From: a virus
Lineage: Duplodnaviria; Caudoviricetes
Direction: 5' to 3' (one strand)
Virus record (IMG/VR): IMGVR_UViG_3300029183_000040
Coordinates: 1-26,292 of that record
Length of the DNA stretch: 26,292 nt
In this document: positions 7,955 through 16,971 of the stretch, in pieces
How positions within the stretch are numbered: the stretch's first letter is position 1
How the letters are laid out: every line of letters begins with the position of its first letter
Program-made: the position numbers and the translations under genes
The notes under the pieces: model-generated
Told to the model about the DNA's origin: nothing
Seen by the model: the letters and a program-made list of their open reading frames with translations, nothing else
Databases searched by the model: none

Positions 7955-8683
7955 TCAGACCGGCAGAAGGTTGTTTGACGCCAGCGGTGTGTTGGGAACG
8001 CCCTGGCCAACGGCGGCCATGGTGGTCTTGCCCGCAAGGCCCGCGAGGACCTCCTTATCGGATCGACCGGACCAGCGTTCACCATCGCCGACGCGCAGGA
8101 CCGCGTTCAGATATAGCTTGACGCCACCGAGGGCGTTCTGCCCGACGGGCGGATAGCACTGAACATTGACCTCAACGTTGCAGAGACATCCTGCGTAGAA
8201 GTCGCTTTCTTTGAGGCCTTCCGTCTTGACCTGGTCGTTGACCAGAATGCCAAGGGCGGGGGGCTGACCTCGGCTCTCCACGGTCGAAGAGGTGATGCAG
8301 AACTTGCCGGCGAGATGAGAGAGGTTCGAGGTGTCTTTGCCCTGCGCCTTGCGCTTGGCGATGATCGCGTCTCCGGCCTTCCAAGGCATGTGCAGCCGCT
8401 GACGGATCGTCCCGCCGGTATTGTTGTCGATGATTTCATGGCCGTCCAGGTCAGCGCTCTCGCCGAGCTGGGCCTTTACGGCCGCAAGAGCCCTCGCTTG
8501 GATCTTGGAGAGGACCTCCTTCTGAGCCGGGTTGTTCGGGTCCAACACAACGTCCGTCGTGTACGTGGATGCAATCGTGGCACCGGTTGGGAGCTTCTTC
8601 TCGCCCGTGGGCTTCGTGAGCGAACTTAGGTTGATGTTGACGCCTTCGAGAATGAGACGTCCGTCGAACTTGGTTTTGGCCAT
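7955..8683 (-). CDS. ssDNA-binding protein (DUF2815 / Enc34-like)
   Basis: FYAGC..NV.V...Y....N.GV..YLNAV...GDGERW.G signature; AAGGAG RBS; lies next to the DUF2800 gene. Confidence 0.85.
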   Translation of the reverse strand: MAKTKFDGRLILEGVNINLSSLTKPTGEKKLPTGATIASTYTTDVVLDPNNPAQKEVLSKIQARALAAVKAQLGESADLDGHEIIDNNTGGTIRQRLHMPWKAGDAIIAKRKAQGKDTSNLSHLAGKFCITSSTVESRGQPPALGILVNDQVKTEGLKESDFYAGCLCNVEVNVQCYPPVGQNALGGVKLYLNAVLRVGDGERWSGRSDKEVLAGLAGKTTMAAVGQGVPNTPLASNNLLPV

Positions 8684-8727
8684 CAAGATCTCCTTCAAAG
8701 CTGACCAATGGGTGTATCTAGAGCCTA

Positions 8728-9921
8728 CTAAGAGGGCTTTAGCTTGTCAAGTCGCTCGGCCGTGCTCGGCAGCTTGTGCATCCCAGGATCGTCCAAGGCC
8801 ACCAGGCGGGGCTCGCCCGGGGGTGTGTACGCCCACTCTTTGGTGAACACTTTGCCGAGAGGCAGCTTGTCGATCTCAGACGGCGACATGAGCTCTTGCT
8901 TGTACACCGTGTCGCCGAACTTCTCAACAGCGGCCTCCTCCGCCCCGGGCTTCATCACCCGGTTCTTTCGACCCATGACGATCTTGCCGCCGACTTTGCT
9001 GGGCTCCGCACCAGCCATCAGCCTGGCATAGGCCTTTTTGTCGACTTCCTTCGCCCACATCCGCATCAAAGGGAGCAAAGATCGAGCGTGAGCGATCTCA
9101 CCATCCGTCATCGACGACGGATCTTTGAGACCACCACTCTCTTCGATGATTTCCGCTGGCGCGTCTTTGAACTTGGGGCAAATCGACTTGGCCTTGCAGA
9201 AGACGCACCATTTGCCCGGGTTGGGCTCCGGATACGGGTCCAGCTTGTGGGAGACGATCTTGTCATTGATGTCCGAACACAGGTGGCTGTGACGGACTAG
9301 ATCCCAGTGGTACTCGCGTTTAGACTTATGGCCCACGGCGTTGGGCTGGTAGACCGTGGTGATGACTTCGGTCGGCTTCAGGCCCAGGGTATCCATGGCC
9401 CCTTTGGCGTATATGGCCATCTGCTTGTTTCCGACCTCATCGACGTAGCCATAACCGTTCTTGTAGTCGTCCACGCGGAGAATACCGAACAGAGGGTTCC
9501 AGGCTATGCGGTCAGCGGTCCCCCAGACACGTTCGTCAATCGACTTGGCGGTCACTTTCTCCTCGATCCAGACCGTCCAGCCCTCTTCCATGAGCTGCAG
9601 ACCGTCACATATGAATTCGGTAGCGTTGTCGACTAGATCGCGCCAGCCCTGATCCGAGATCAGGTCGTCCAGTATCTCCAGATCACTCGCGGCCTGGAGC
9701 GGAAAGTCCGGTACCGCCCGGCGTTCCGATCTGCTCATCCCTACCGCCATGAAAGGATCGATCTTCTCGTTCTGGCAGTGCGCAGCGATGGCGTGCGCGG
9801 CCGACCCTGTGACGCTGTGGACGCTATTGTCATCGCCATCCACGTAGCGCCCGAGCACCAGGGAGGCGGGGCAGCTCATCCACCGCTCCGCCCCCGAGGG
9901 CCCGTAGATCGAATGCGCCAT
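8728..9921 (-). CDS. Cas4-like PD-(D/E)xK nuclease (DUF2800)
   Basis: HS...PSGAERW..CP, GSAAH, IEEKV, WGTAD, VDDYKNG, QMAIYA and PG.WC.FC.AK..CP motifs; TGATG-coupled start. Confidence 0.9.
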   Translation of the reverse strand: MAHSIYGPSGAERWMSCPASLVLGRYVDGDDNSVHSVTGSAAHAIAAHCQNEKIDPFMAVGMSRSERRAVPDFPLQAASDLEILDDLISDQGWRDLVDNATEFICDGLQLMEEGWTVWIEEKVTAKSIDERVWGTADRIAWNPLFGILRVDDYKNGYGYVDEVGNKQMAIYAKGAMDTLGLKPTEVITTVYQPNAVGHKSKREYHWDLVRHSHLCSDINDKIVSHKLDPYPEPNPGKWCVFCKAKSICPKFKDAPAEIIEESGGLKDPSSMTDGEIAHARSLLPLMRMWAKEVDKKAYARLMAGAEPSKVGGKIVMGRKNRVMKPGAEEAAVEKFGDTVYKQELMSPSEIDKLPLGKVFTKEWAYTPPGEPRLVALDDPGMHKLPSTAERLDKLKPS

Positions 9922-10529
9922 CAGCCGGCGGAAGCATCCGCCAAGGCTGTGCATGCGTCGAGAAGTGCTTGGCGCTTGTTCTCCGGCACCAGTTGCAGAC
10001 CGACGTGCTTGGCATCTTCGGGCATATACTCGCCCAGGACCAGCATAACCGCGTCCGCGCCTTTGGCTGCCGCCAGCGCATTCATCTCCGCGGCGAACTG
10101 CGGAAACGTCATGGTGGACGCATCGGCAGCTTTCGGAGGGGTTGCTGCGATGGCCTGCTCTAAGGCGACCTGCTCTGCCTGAGCCGGTTCTTGGGGCGCA
10201 ACCTCGGAAGCAGGCTGCTGAGCTGCCTCCTCAGCCTTACGCGCCGCCTCCATCTCCGCTTTGGTCCGACGCTTGCGCTTTGGCTTCTCCTCTTTAGTAG
10301 GCTGCTCGCTTGGAACAAACGGGTGCTCTTCTCCGCCGTACACCTCAGATATAGGGTGAAACGTATCCACCATCCCCAGCTGAGCAAATACGACGGAACG
10401 CACCGCGTCACAGGCTTGGTGCAGGTTTTCATCGATCGGCACGCCCATCGTGACCTCGGCCTCCTCGTGCTCATAGTTGCCGAGGTTTTTTCTCTTCATG
10501 AAACGGAATGTTGCAGTCTGTTCAGACAT
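9921..10529 (-). CDS. Hypothetical protein with KRKRRTKAEME basic motif and low-complexity linker
   Basis: AAGGAG RBS before ATG at 10529; its stop is coupled to the DUF2800 start. Confidence 0.8.
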   Translation of the reverse strand: MSEQTATFRFMKRKNLGNYEHEEAEVTMGVPIDENLHQACDAVRSVVFAQLGMVDTFHPISEVYGGEEHPFVPSEQPTKEEKPKRKRRTKAEMEAARKAEEAAQQPASEVAPQEPAQAEQVALEQAIAATPPKAADASTMTFPQFAAEMNALAAAKGADAVMLVLGEYMPEDAKHVGLQLVPENKRQALLDACTALADASAG

Positions 10530-10558
10530 AGTCTTTCTCCTTGTTCGGGTGGTTGACG

Positions 10559-10735
10559 TTAGCGCGTGGCCAGTTGCTTTTGGGACCACAAAATGAGAGC
10601 AGCCCCAGCCGGAACTGGCCACGCCGCCCCCAGGAGGATGCTGTGCGCTACAGGCGCATCCTTAGGGGCCAGGTAAGCCGCGTCAGCTATTGCAGCTCCG
10701 AACGCGATCAAGATATACATTGCGGCGTACTTCAT
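10559..10735 (-). CDS. Small 2-TM membrane protein, 58 aa (not in ORF track)
   Basis: [58 protein letters not shown]; ATGA overlap with the helicase stop; GGAG RBS. Confidence 0.65.
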   Translation of the reverse strand: MKYAAMYILIAFGAAIADAAYLAPKDAPVAHSILLGAAWPVPAGAALILWSQKQLATR

Positions 10736-12315
10736 GCTATCTCCCCCAAGGCGCTGTCAAGGGTTCCATGTATCACCCTGGACTTACCGAACACCTTTTG
10801 CAGGACCAGCTCATCGAAGCTGCCCTCCACTACCAAGAATTCGCCCAGCACTGGCCGTGTTTGACCAAACCTGTCCAATCGGTCAAAGGTCTGTTGGTTC
10901 TGCCCCGGCACCCAATCGGGCTCGCCTATGATGACACGATTACATACATGCTGAAGGCCGTCAACACCCGTGCCTATCGATATCATCTGGCCGAATATGA
11001 TGTTGACTTCCGGGTCCTGTATGAACCGATCCTTCCTTTGCTCTTTCATCAGCCCCGTGCAAGTCCCGTCAATAAGAACCGCCCTTCGACCAAACTCCTC
11101 TGCCATGGGGCGTAGTACGGACTTATGCCACCCCACGAACATGATCTTCTCCTCGCCACCATCGAGCAGTGTCTTCAGGTACTTGATCATCATCGGCACC
11201 TTGGCCTCGCCCATCATGCGACGCACGGTGGAGATCTCGCCGCCTGCTACGTCCTCGGGGGTCAAGTGAGAGGGGTCGATGTGCAGCATCCGCTCAGCCT
11301 TCAGAGCCTTCTTGATATCCGAGTTTTCGCTCAGATAGGTCAGGGATAGCGACACGGGCGGGCGATCCTTGAAGACCTCGTCCTTCAGGCGACGGACCAT
11401 CATGTGGCATCGCATGCGCATCTGCAGCTCGGCTTCACGCCCAACAGCCTCCCCCCGGAACAGGGAGGGATTGTACCTCTCTTGGAATTGGGAGAAGGCC
11501 TCTACACCGACCAGGCTATCCGGGCAGACTGCATTCATGGTGGTGTAGGCTTCCCGGGGCCGGTTGGGCGTGGGCGTGCCTGATAGACAAAGCACCCGCT
11601 CAGAGTAGTCCGCCAGGCCGCCGTCCGCCCAGACACCGAGGCCCCCGCCGAAGCAGGCTTGTGTTCGCTTGGATGTGGGTGTCTTGAGGTAGTGGCTCTC
11701 GTCCACGATCAGTAAATCGAACCGGCCGCGCTTGACCAGAGCTTTGAAGATGTGCTCGTTGGTCACTCCTTCGAAGGATAGGATGGACCAGTTGGCTCGG
11801 GCGTCGATCCAATCCTCTGCGCTCTCGGTTATGTAGATCCGCCCACCGGCCATCATGGACCAGGCTTGTATCTCCTTCGCCCAATGCCGACGCACTGAGG
11901 CCGGGCAGACGATGCATACGCGCTGGGCCATCATCTCGTTTGCGACCACGATGGCCTGGCAGGTTTTTCCGAGCCCAGGTTGGTCGCCGATCAGGCAGCT
12001 ACCGGCCTGCAGCGCATAGCTCACGCCGGCGCGCTGGAAAGGCATTAGGCTCTTGTTGCCCGGCACTGCGCACTCGGTTGCCCCAGCGGTGTCGATAGAC
12101 ATGTCATAGACCCGCTTGAGCGGAGCTAGCTTGTCAGCCGCACTGCCGTGCAGCCCGGTGTCGAGACCAACATAGAGGGCCATGTATGGGCTGTCTGTGT
12201 AGTAACGGTTGGACCCGAGGCTGAAGTCGAAACCGGTGTTCCTGGCTTTGGCGAAGTGCTCAGTGTCTGTACTCTCAAGCCTGTACAGCCCGTTGGCGGC
12301 GTCGAAGACGATCAA
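10732..12315 (-). CDS. SNF2-family (SF2) helicase
   Basis: [42 protein letters not shown] and Q..DRLDRFGQ motifs; probable TTG start in a TTGA overlap. Confidence 0.92.
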   Translation of the reverse strand: MIVFDAANGLYRLESTDTEHFAKARNTGFDFSLGSNRYYTDSPYMALYVGLDTGLHGSAADKLAPLKRVYDMSIDTAGATECAVPGNKSLMPFQRAGVSYALQAGSCLIGDQPGLGKTCQAIVVANEMMAQRVCIVCPASVRRHWAKEIQAWSMMAGGRIYITESAEDWIDARANWSILSFEGVTNEHIFKALVKRGRFDLLIVDESHYLKTPTSKRTQACFGGGLGVWADGGLADYSERVLCLSGTPTPNRPREAYTTMNAVCPDSLVGVEAFSQFQERYNPSLFRGEAVGREAELQMRMRCHMMVRRLKDEVFKDRPPVSLSLTYLSENSDIKKALKAERMLHIDPSHLTPEDVAGGEISTVRRMMGEAKVPMMIKYLKTLLDGGEEKIMFVGWHKSVLRPMAEEFGRRAVLIDGTCTGLMKEQRKDRFIQDPEVNIIFGQMISIGTGVDGLQHVCNRVIIGEPDWVPGQNQQTFDRLDRFGQTRPVLGEFLVVEGSFDELVLQKVFGKSRVIHGTLDSALGEIA

Positions 12316-12908
12316 TATTCTTCCGCCTCTTCTCGGGATAGGAAAAAGTGTATGCCGTGAGTACATCCGACCCGGATGTCATCATCATATCTGTCGGGCC
12401 AAATGGTCTCACCAACCTTGTACAACGTATTACGGTCGCGAATAGACGTTCCCGAGCCCTCCAGAACCTCGGCAAACTCTGCGCGGCACTTTCGGCCTAC
12501 TAAGGAAGCCGTCCTCCTAGCCTCTGGCGGAATGCGCAGTTTGCACACGCCCCCTCCCGCCAGTTTTTTATAAACAATAAGCTCCTCCTCTTGGGGTATT
12601 TGAAATGAGGGAAGGTTGGTTCCGCTCAGGTCAGCTTCTAGCAGATTGGCCGCGTACAGGTTGGCTCCACTCAGGTTGGCTCCACGCAGGTCAGCTCCGC
12701 TCAGGTCAGCTTCTCGCAGGTTGGCCGCGTACAGGTCAGCTCCACTCAGGTTGGCCGCGTACAGGTCAGCTCCACTCAGGTTGGCTCCACTCAGGTTGGC
12801 TCCACTCAGGTTGGCTCCACTCAGGTTGGCCGCGTACAGGTCAGCTCCACGCAGGTTAGACCCTCGCAGGTCAGCTCCTGGCCTGATATCACACCCGCTC
12901 ACTTTCAT
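12312..12908 (-). CDS. Pentapeptide repeat protein with C-terminal DUF5758-like domain
   Basis: About 17 A(D/N)Lxx repeats; C-terminal KLRIP.EA.R....RKCRA...PD.YDDD...CTHGIHFF. Confidence 0.9.
   Translation of the reverse strand: MKVSGCDIRPGADLRGSNLRGADLYAANLSGANLSGANLSGANLSGADLYAANLSGADLYAANLREADLSGADLRGANLSGANLYAANLLEADLSGTNLPSFQIPQEEELIVYKKLAGGGVCKLRIPPEARRTASLVGRKCRAEFAEVLEGSGTSIRDRNTLYKVGETIWPDRYDDDIRVGCTHGIHFFLSREEAEEY
12616..12880. repeat. 15-bp tandem repeat array encoding pentapeptides
   Basis: Units such as CAGGTTGGCTCCACT, CAGGTCAGCTCCACT and CAGGTTGGCCGCGTA, several of them identical. Confidence 0.95.
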
Positions 12909-13050
12909 TTCAATTCCCTCAATGTTAGCTCCGATAGGTCCTGCACCCTGTCACAGGAGAATGCCGCATGTCAACCCCTTTCAATTCCGCCTGGCTTGCC
13001 TTACCATCGACCAACTACACTGCCCTAAATCCGCCTTATCTGGAGGACAT

Positions 13051-15216
13051 ATGTCAAACGTAAAGACTGCGAAGCACTGGGCCTCGCGGGGCTACAGGGT
13101 ATTCCCGATTGTCAAAGGAAAAAAAATTCCTCTGCTGCCTTGGAAGATCAACGCAACAAGCGATCCGGAGGTAGCAGAAGCTATGTTCGGGGACGAGGAC
13201 TTCGCCCATTACGACGAAACTGGCGATGTCGTGACCAGAAGCTTCAAGGATGCCGACGTGGGGATGATCATCCCGGAGGACCAATGCGTCATCGACCTTG
13301 ATGTGAAGAACGGGGTCGACGGTTACAAGGCCTGGGAGGAGGCGTGTGAGGGCGTTTTGGACGCAAATACCCTCCGGGTGCGCACACCCTCAGGCGGTCT
13401 GCATATCTATTATTCTACATCAACTCGCATAAAAAATACATCAAACCAGATCGCACCAGGGGTGGACACCAGGGGAGGTGGTCTCGGCTTCTGCGTAGCG
13501 CCCGGGTGCCAAGGGTATGAGGTGGAGCACGACCCGGGCCCCGACCAGCTGATCGGATTGCCTTATGTAATCGCATCAGACACCCGATTGCATCGAGATG
13601 CATCGGATTGCCCCACGTTGAAACAGGACGTCGATCTCTCGCACATAGACCCGGAGGAGATGGCAGGGTTGACCGATCGGTACATGAATCAACAGAAAAT
13701 CAATGCGGTGGAGGAGGGGTATGGACCAGGCAACAGGGATGTCATCATAAACCGCGTATTAGCTGGGCTACACGGGATTGGTGTGCCTGAAGAAGAGGCT
13801 GGAGATTTAATCAATCGGATGGATGCGGAACTCGCGGACGGCGGGTATGAGGACATAGACAGGGCACTACGGAGCGTCTACAGGAACAACACGACGCAGC
13901 AAGGCTTCGGCCAGGAGTACCACAAAAGGTACGTGGAATACATGGCCGGGGGTGGCGACCAGCATAGCCTGGAGAGGCTGGCGGCTGCCGTCCCCAGGAG
14001 CGAAGCTCGGGCTACACAGGAGACGGGGGAGTTTAGGTGGCTGTCCTGCGAGGACCTGGAGAAGCTGCCCCCGGTAAAGTGGCTGGTAGACGGGTGGGTG
14101 CCAACATCCTCTATGGGCCTGGTATTCGGCCCCTACGGCACGTTCAAGACGTTCATGGTGCTGGACCTGTGCCTGACCCTAGCTAGCGCCGAGGGCCGGG
14201 AGGTGCTGTACGTGCCTGGGGAGGGGTTGCACGACGTGCGGCAACGTGTCGCGGCTTGGAAGATTTACAAGGGGGTGCGGGAGGTTGGTGGTTTTCACGT
14301 CTGCCCCTCCGTCCCCCGGATCGCGGAGGATGAACATTTTGGAGGTTTTCTGCAGGCGTGCAGAGAACAGGGGGGATACCAACCCATTGATTTGATTGTG
14401 TTTGACACGATGTACTATGCGGCCATGGGGTTTGAAGAGAACAGCTCGAAAGAGGCCATGCTGTTCCTCGGGAGATTGCAACAGGGTCTCCGCTCGGTGT
14501 GGCCTGATGTCACAGTGTTGCTCATCGGCCACACGTCTAAGAACAATGAGGACGAGCTTAGGGGCAGCGTGGCCATCCCCTCGGCCATGGATTTTTCAAT
14601 ACAGGTGAAGAAGCGGCAGGAGGGGGTGTCTACGGTCCGGTTATCGAAGCAGAAGGCGGGCGCTGATGGGCTCGAGAGGCATTTTGAGACCCGGGAGGTG
14701 ACCACAGGGTTTGATGAGCAGGGCAGGCCCCTGTCGACCCTCGTGGTCACCTATGACGGCGTGAGGGCCCCTAGGGAAGGCGAGGGGGAGATCTTTGATC
14801 ATGATCGGGCAGCGCGGGCTTTGCAGGAGGATGTCGCTCTGGAGGTGGTCATAGAGGAGCTGGCGCGGCAGTGTGATGAGAAAATCCGGGTTCGCGCTCT
14901 TGTGAATATTGTGGCGGAGGAGTTTTGCGAGAGACTTCATGGGGAGCCTCTCGGGGACCAGGACGCGGCCAGGAAGGCCCTAATGAGCACGCTGGTCGAG
15001 GCCCGGAAATCAGGGGGCAGACTGTCACAGTTCCTTAGCCGGTTCCTGGGTTTCAAATGCGGCAAGCTTTCGGATAATGTGCTGCAGTTCGACCCCGGCA
15101 TGGACAGCTGCCTAGAGCCTAAAGAGGGCACTTATTTTTATGAGGCCGTTAAAACGGCTAAAATGCAAGTGCTTGAAAATAAAGGGCAATTCTCCGTGCA
15201 CCAAAACACCCCTTAA
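13051..15216 (+). CDS. Bifunctional primase-polymerase (Prim-Pol) fused to AAA_25/RepA-like helicase
   Basis: GGAGG RBS before ATG at 13051; GYRVFP, VIDLD, RTPSGGLHIYY and GVDTRG; Walker A GPYGTFKT, LIVFDT, HTSK, LRGS. Confidence 0.92.
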   Translation: MSNVKTAKHWASRGYRVFPIVKGKKIPLLPWKINATSDPEVAEAMFGDEDFAHYDETGDVVTRSFKDADVGMIIPEDQCVIDLDVKNGVDGYKAWEEACEGVLDANTLRVRTPSGGLHIYYSTSTRIKNTSNQIAPGVDTRGGGLGFCVAPGCQGYEVEHDPGPDQLIGLPYVIASDTRLHRDASDCPTLKQDVDLSHIDPEEMAGLTDRYMNQQKINAVEEGYGPGNRDVIINRVLAGLHGIGVPEEEAGDLINRMDAELADGGYEDIDRALRSVYRNNTTQQGFGQEYHKRYVEYMAGGGDQHSLERLAAAVPRSEARATQETGEFRWLSCEDLEKLPPVKWLVDGWVPTSSMGLVFGPYGTFKTFMVLDLCLTLASAEGREVLYVPGEGLHDVRQRVAAWKIYKGVREVGGFHVCPSVPRIAEDEHFGGFLQACREQGGYQPIDLIVFDTMYYAAMGFEENSSKEAMLFLGRLQQGLRSVWPDVTVLLIGHTSKNNEDELRGSVAIPSAMDFSIQVKKRQEGVSTVRLSKQKAGADGLERHFETREVTTGFDEQGRPLSTLVVTYDGVRAPREGEGEIFDHDRAARALQEDVALEVVIEELARQCDEKIRVRALVNIVAEEFCERLHGEPLGDQDAARKALMSTLVEARKSGGRLSQFLSRFLGFKCGKLSDNVLQFDPGMDSCLEPKEGTYFYEAVKTAKMQVLENKGQFSVHQNTP

Positions 15217-15279
15217 AAATGGCACGTGGGGATACCCCGAATGATTTCAATGACTTAGCTTTTTTAACGTGTTCAAAAA

Positions 15280-15380
15280 GTCTATAGGGAGAGGTGTGGG
15301 GGAGGGGATTATTTTATATACATCCCCCCCCCTAAGGGGGGGTGTATGTATAAAATAACCCCTTCCCCACCCCCTTAGAC
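15280..15380. repeat. About 100-bp imperfect inverted repeat (candidate replication origin)
   Basis: GTCTA..GTGGGG.AGGGG.TTATTTTATA..C9-TAA-G7..TATAAAATAA.CCCCT.CCCCAC..TAGAC. Confidence 0.75.
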
Positions 15381-15411
15381 TGACCCAGAAGATATTGGTC
15401 TAAAACATGGG

Positions 15412-15440
15412 TTGACAGGTGGGGTCGGGTTTGTTAGGTT
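15412..15440 (+). promoter_or_regulatory. Sigma70-like promoter
   Basis: TTGACA-17 bp-TAGGTT. Confidence 0.6.
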
Positions 15441-15463
15441 TGGATTATCGAGAACAGCTATTG

Positions 15464-15997
15464 GTGGCGAGAGTGGCCAAGTCGGCAGACAGTAGGCCCT
15501 CGACGGCCAACGGGGTTCAGAGTGTTAGGGCCTACCGCAGGCTTATTGATTTTGCCCTTGATCAGGTCATTGCTGGAAATATCTCTTGCCGGACTGGTAA
15601 GGTCTTGACGGAGATGGCCCGAGCAGGGGCCGAGATGTTGATAGCTGAGCGCCACATGAAGGCTAGTGGGCTTGAGGATTGTGAGGATGCGGCGCACGTT
15701 CTGGGCGCTGACGGCGGGTTGAAGACGGTCAAGGGTTCGATGTCCAGCCTGGCGCTGCAGAGCCCGGAGCTGATCGAGGGAAATGCTATGACCGTGCCCC
15801 ATGACAATCACCCAAAGGGACATTACGACGCTACGCAGCCTGAGCCTGATGATCCTGAGGTGGTTGCTCAGTTCGTTAGTCCTGACGCCTATTTGTCAAT
15901 GCCGAGGCGAGCGAGGAGATACAGTAAAGAGCCTAAATTTGTAGAAGTTCCCAAGGCTGTATTCGATGTGAACACTGGCAAATTATTTGAAGAATAG
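15464..15997 (+). CDS. Hypothetical protein (possible terminase small subunit, unproven)
   Basis: Open frame with helical N-terminal half. If the promoter is real the start lies downstream of it (GTG at 15464 or 15473). Confidence 0.6.
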   Translation: MARVAKSADSRPSTANGVQSVRAYRRLIDFALDQVIAGNISCRTGKVLTEMARAGAEMLIAERHMKASGLEDCEDAAHVLGADGGLKTVKGSMSSLALQSPELIEGNAMTVPHDNHPKGHYDATQPEPDDPEVVAQFVSPDAYLSMPRRARRYSKEPKFVEVPKAVFDVNTGKLFEE

Positions 15998-16060
15998 GCA
16001 TAAATTACCTATAGCTGTATGTGGCCATGAAATATTTTTTCTGTCATGCGATCTTTTTTG

Positions 16061-16089
16061 TTGACAGACGTGGCGGGAGCCCATATAAA
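16061..16089 (+). promoter_or_regulatory. Strong sigma70-like promoter with AT-rich upstream tract
   Basis: TTGACA-17 bp-TATAAA; T-tracts lie upstream. Confidence 0.7.
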
Positions 16090-16127
16090 CGCTGTCATCA
16101 TCAATTGACAAACCTTGGAGCCTTGAA

Positions 16128-16550
16128 ATGACACCCTTTCACTGTGAAGCCGCGGAGTTTCCCAGCGCAGGCAATTCAAGCACGCTTGCCTGTTTGTACA
16201 ACAACCAAAACAAGGAACAGCCCTCGATGGTCTTGGGCCCGAAGAAATACGTGCTGGTAGTGCCCGATATCAAGGACGCAGTCATGCTTCGAACAGCGCA
16301 TGTGCTTGTGAGGAATAATTTCGTCGAGGTCTACGGCGGGTTCTCGAGCTATCAGGGCGTGTCCGCGTGGCAGGATGAACGAGGCAGGCGACACCTGGAA
16401 AACGTCGTCAAGTATGAGATCGTCGACTTCAGACGTATCGGTTCGGGCCGGTTCATCCAGTTTGTACGCTCACTGCTCGACAAGGCCGACGAAGAATGCT
16501 TGTATGTCGAGATAGACGGCGTCCCTCAGATCGTGAGCAATGAGCAATGA
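16128..16550 (+). CDS. Putative S-adenosylmethionine lyase (T3 SAMase-like fold)
   Basis: YGGFS...G...W....G....E.V..Y and EECLYVE patterns resemble phage SAM lyases; GGAG RBS; first gene after a strong promoter. Confidence 0.55.
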   Translation: MTPFHCEAAEFPSAGNSSTLACLYNNQNKEQPSMVLGPKKYVLVVPDIKDAVMLRTAHVLVRNNFVEVYGGFSSYQGVSAWQDERGRRHLENVVKYEIVDFRRIGSGRFIQFVRSLLDKADEECLYVEIDGVPQIVSNEQ

Positions 16551-16861
16551 CCAAACTGCCTGTATGTGAATACCTCATCTACGTCGAAAAGTCGGCAACC
16601 CGCATTGATCCGTTTCGAGTAGGTACTGAGCCTGCAAGAGGTTTGCTGTTCGATCGCGCGTCAATCTCGGCCCGACAGGGCGCGACATCCCCGCGCGATT
16701 GCCTGTACGCTGGGCGAAGGCATTGGACCGGAGCACGGGGTGGACGCGCGCCAGTGCTCCGGGCGGGGATTGGAGCGCTGAGCCCTGGGTCTTCGATCTG
16801 TATGGATGCAAAGGCGAAGTCTTGGCTACGGTGTATGCCCAACCAATCCATGAGTGTGTGA
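16547..16861 (+). CDS. Hypothetical protein
   Basis: ATGA coupling to the upstream gene; no motif recognised. Confidence 0.45.
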   Translation: MTKLPVCEYLIYVEKSATRIDPFRVGTEPARGLLFDRASISARQGATSPRDCLYAGRRHWTGARGGRAPVLRAGIGALSPGSSICMDAKAKSWLRCMPNQSMSV

Positions 16862-16862
16862 G

Positions 16863-16938
16863 TGTTTAACCGATCGGTTAAGCAGCATGTGTCACATGTT
16901 ATAACGTAACATTTTCAAGTGTACAGATCTGTACACTT
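16863..16938. promoter_or_regulatory. Array of four different palindromic operator-like sites
   Basis: TTAACCGATCGGTTAA (16866-16881), CATGTGtCACATG (16886-16898), ATGTTA-N5-TAACAT (16896-16912), AAGTGTACAGATCTGTACACTT (16917-16938). Confidence 0.65.
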
Positions 16939-16971
16939 TTCTCTAACTCACTGATATGAAAGGACAAATCG

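Noticed and set aside
8728-9921. Cas4 as part of a CRISPR-Cas system
   Set aside because: It sits in the ordinary DUF2800/SSB/PolA replication context, with no other cas genes or array.
12616-12880. Possible CRISPR array or DGR repeat
   Set aside because: Contiguous 15-bp coding repeats with no unique spacers; no reverse transcriptase in the window.
12616-13050. Repetitive N-terminal extension of the 866-aa primase ORF
   Set aside because: It is the antisense of the pentapeptide repeats; the GGAGG RBS and the Prim-Pol domain start point to ATG 13051.
12909-13050. Repressor/cro-type switch and divergent promoters
   Set aside because: No HTH genes flank the gap. A minus-strand TTGACA at 12969-12974 has only a weak -10, so no promoter was called.
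16866-16881. CtrA box
   Set aside because: The TTAA half-sites are 8 bp apart; the consensus is TTAA-N7-TTAA.
16917-16938. Protelomerase (telRL) site
   Set aside because: The palindrome is short, no protelomerase is seen, and there is no evidence of a linear plasmid prophage.
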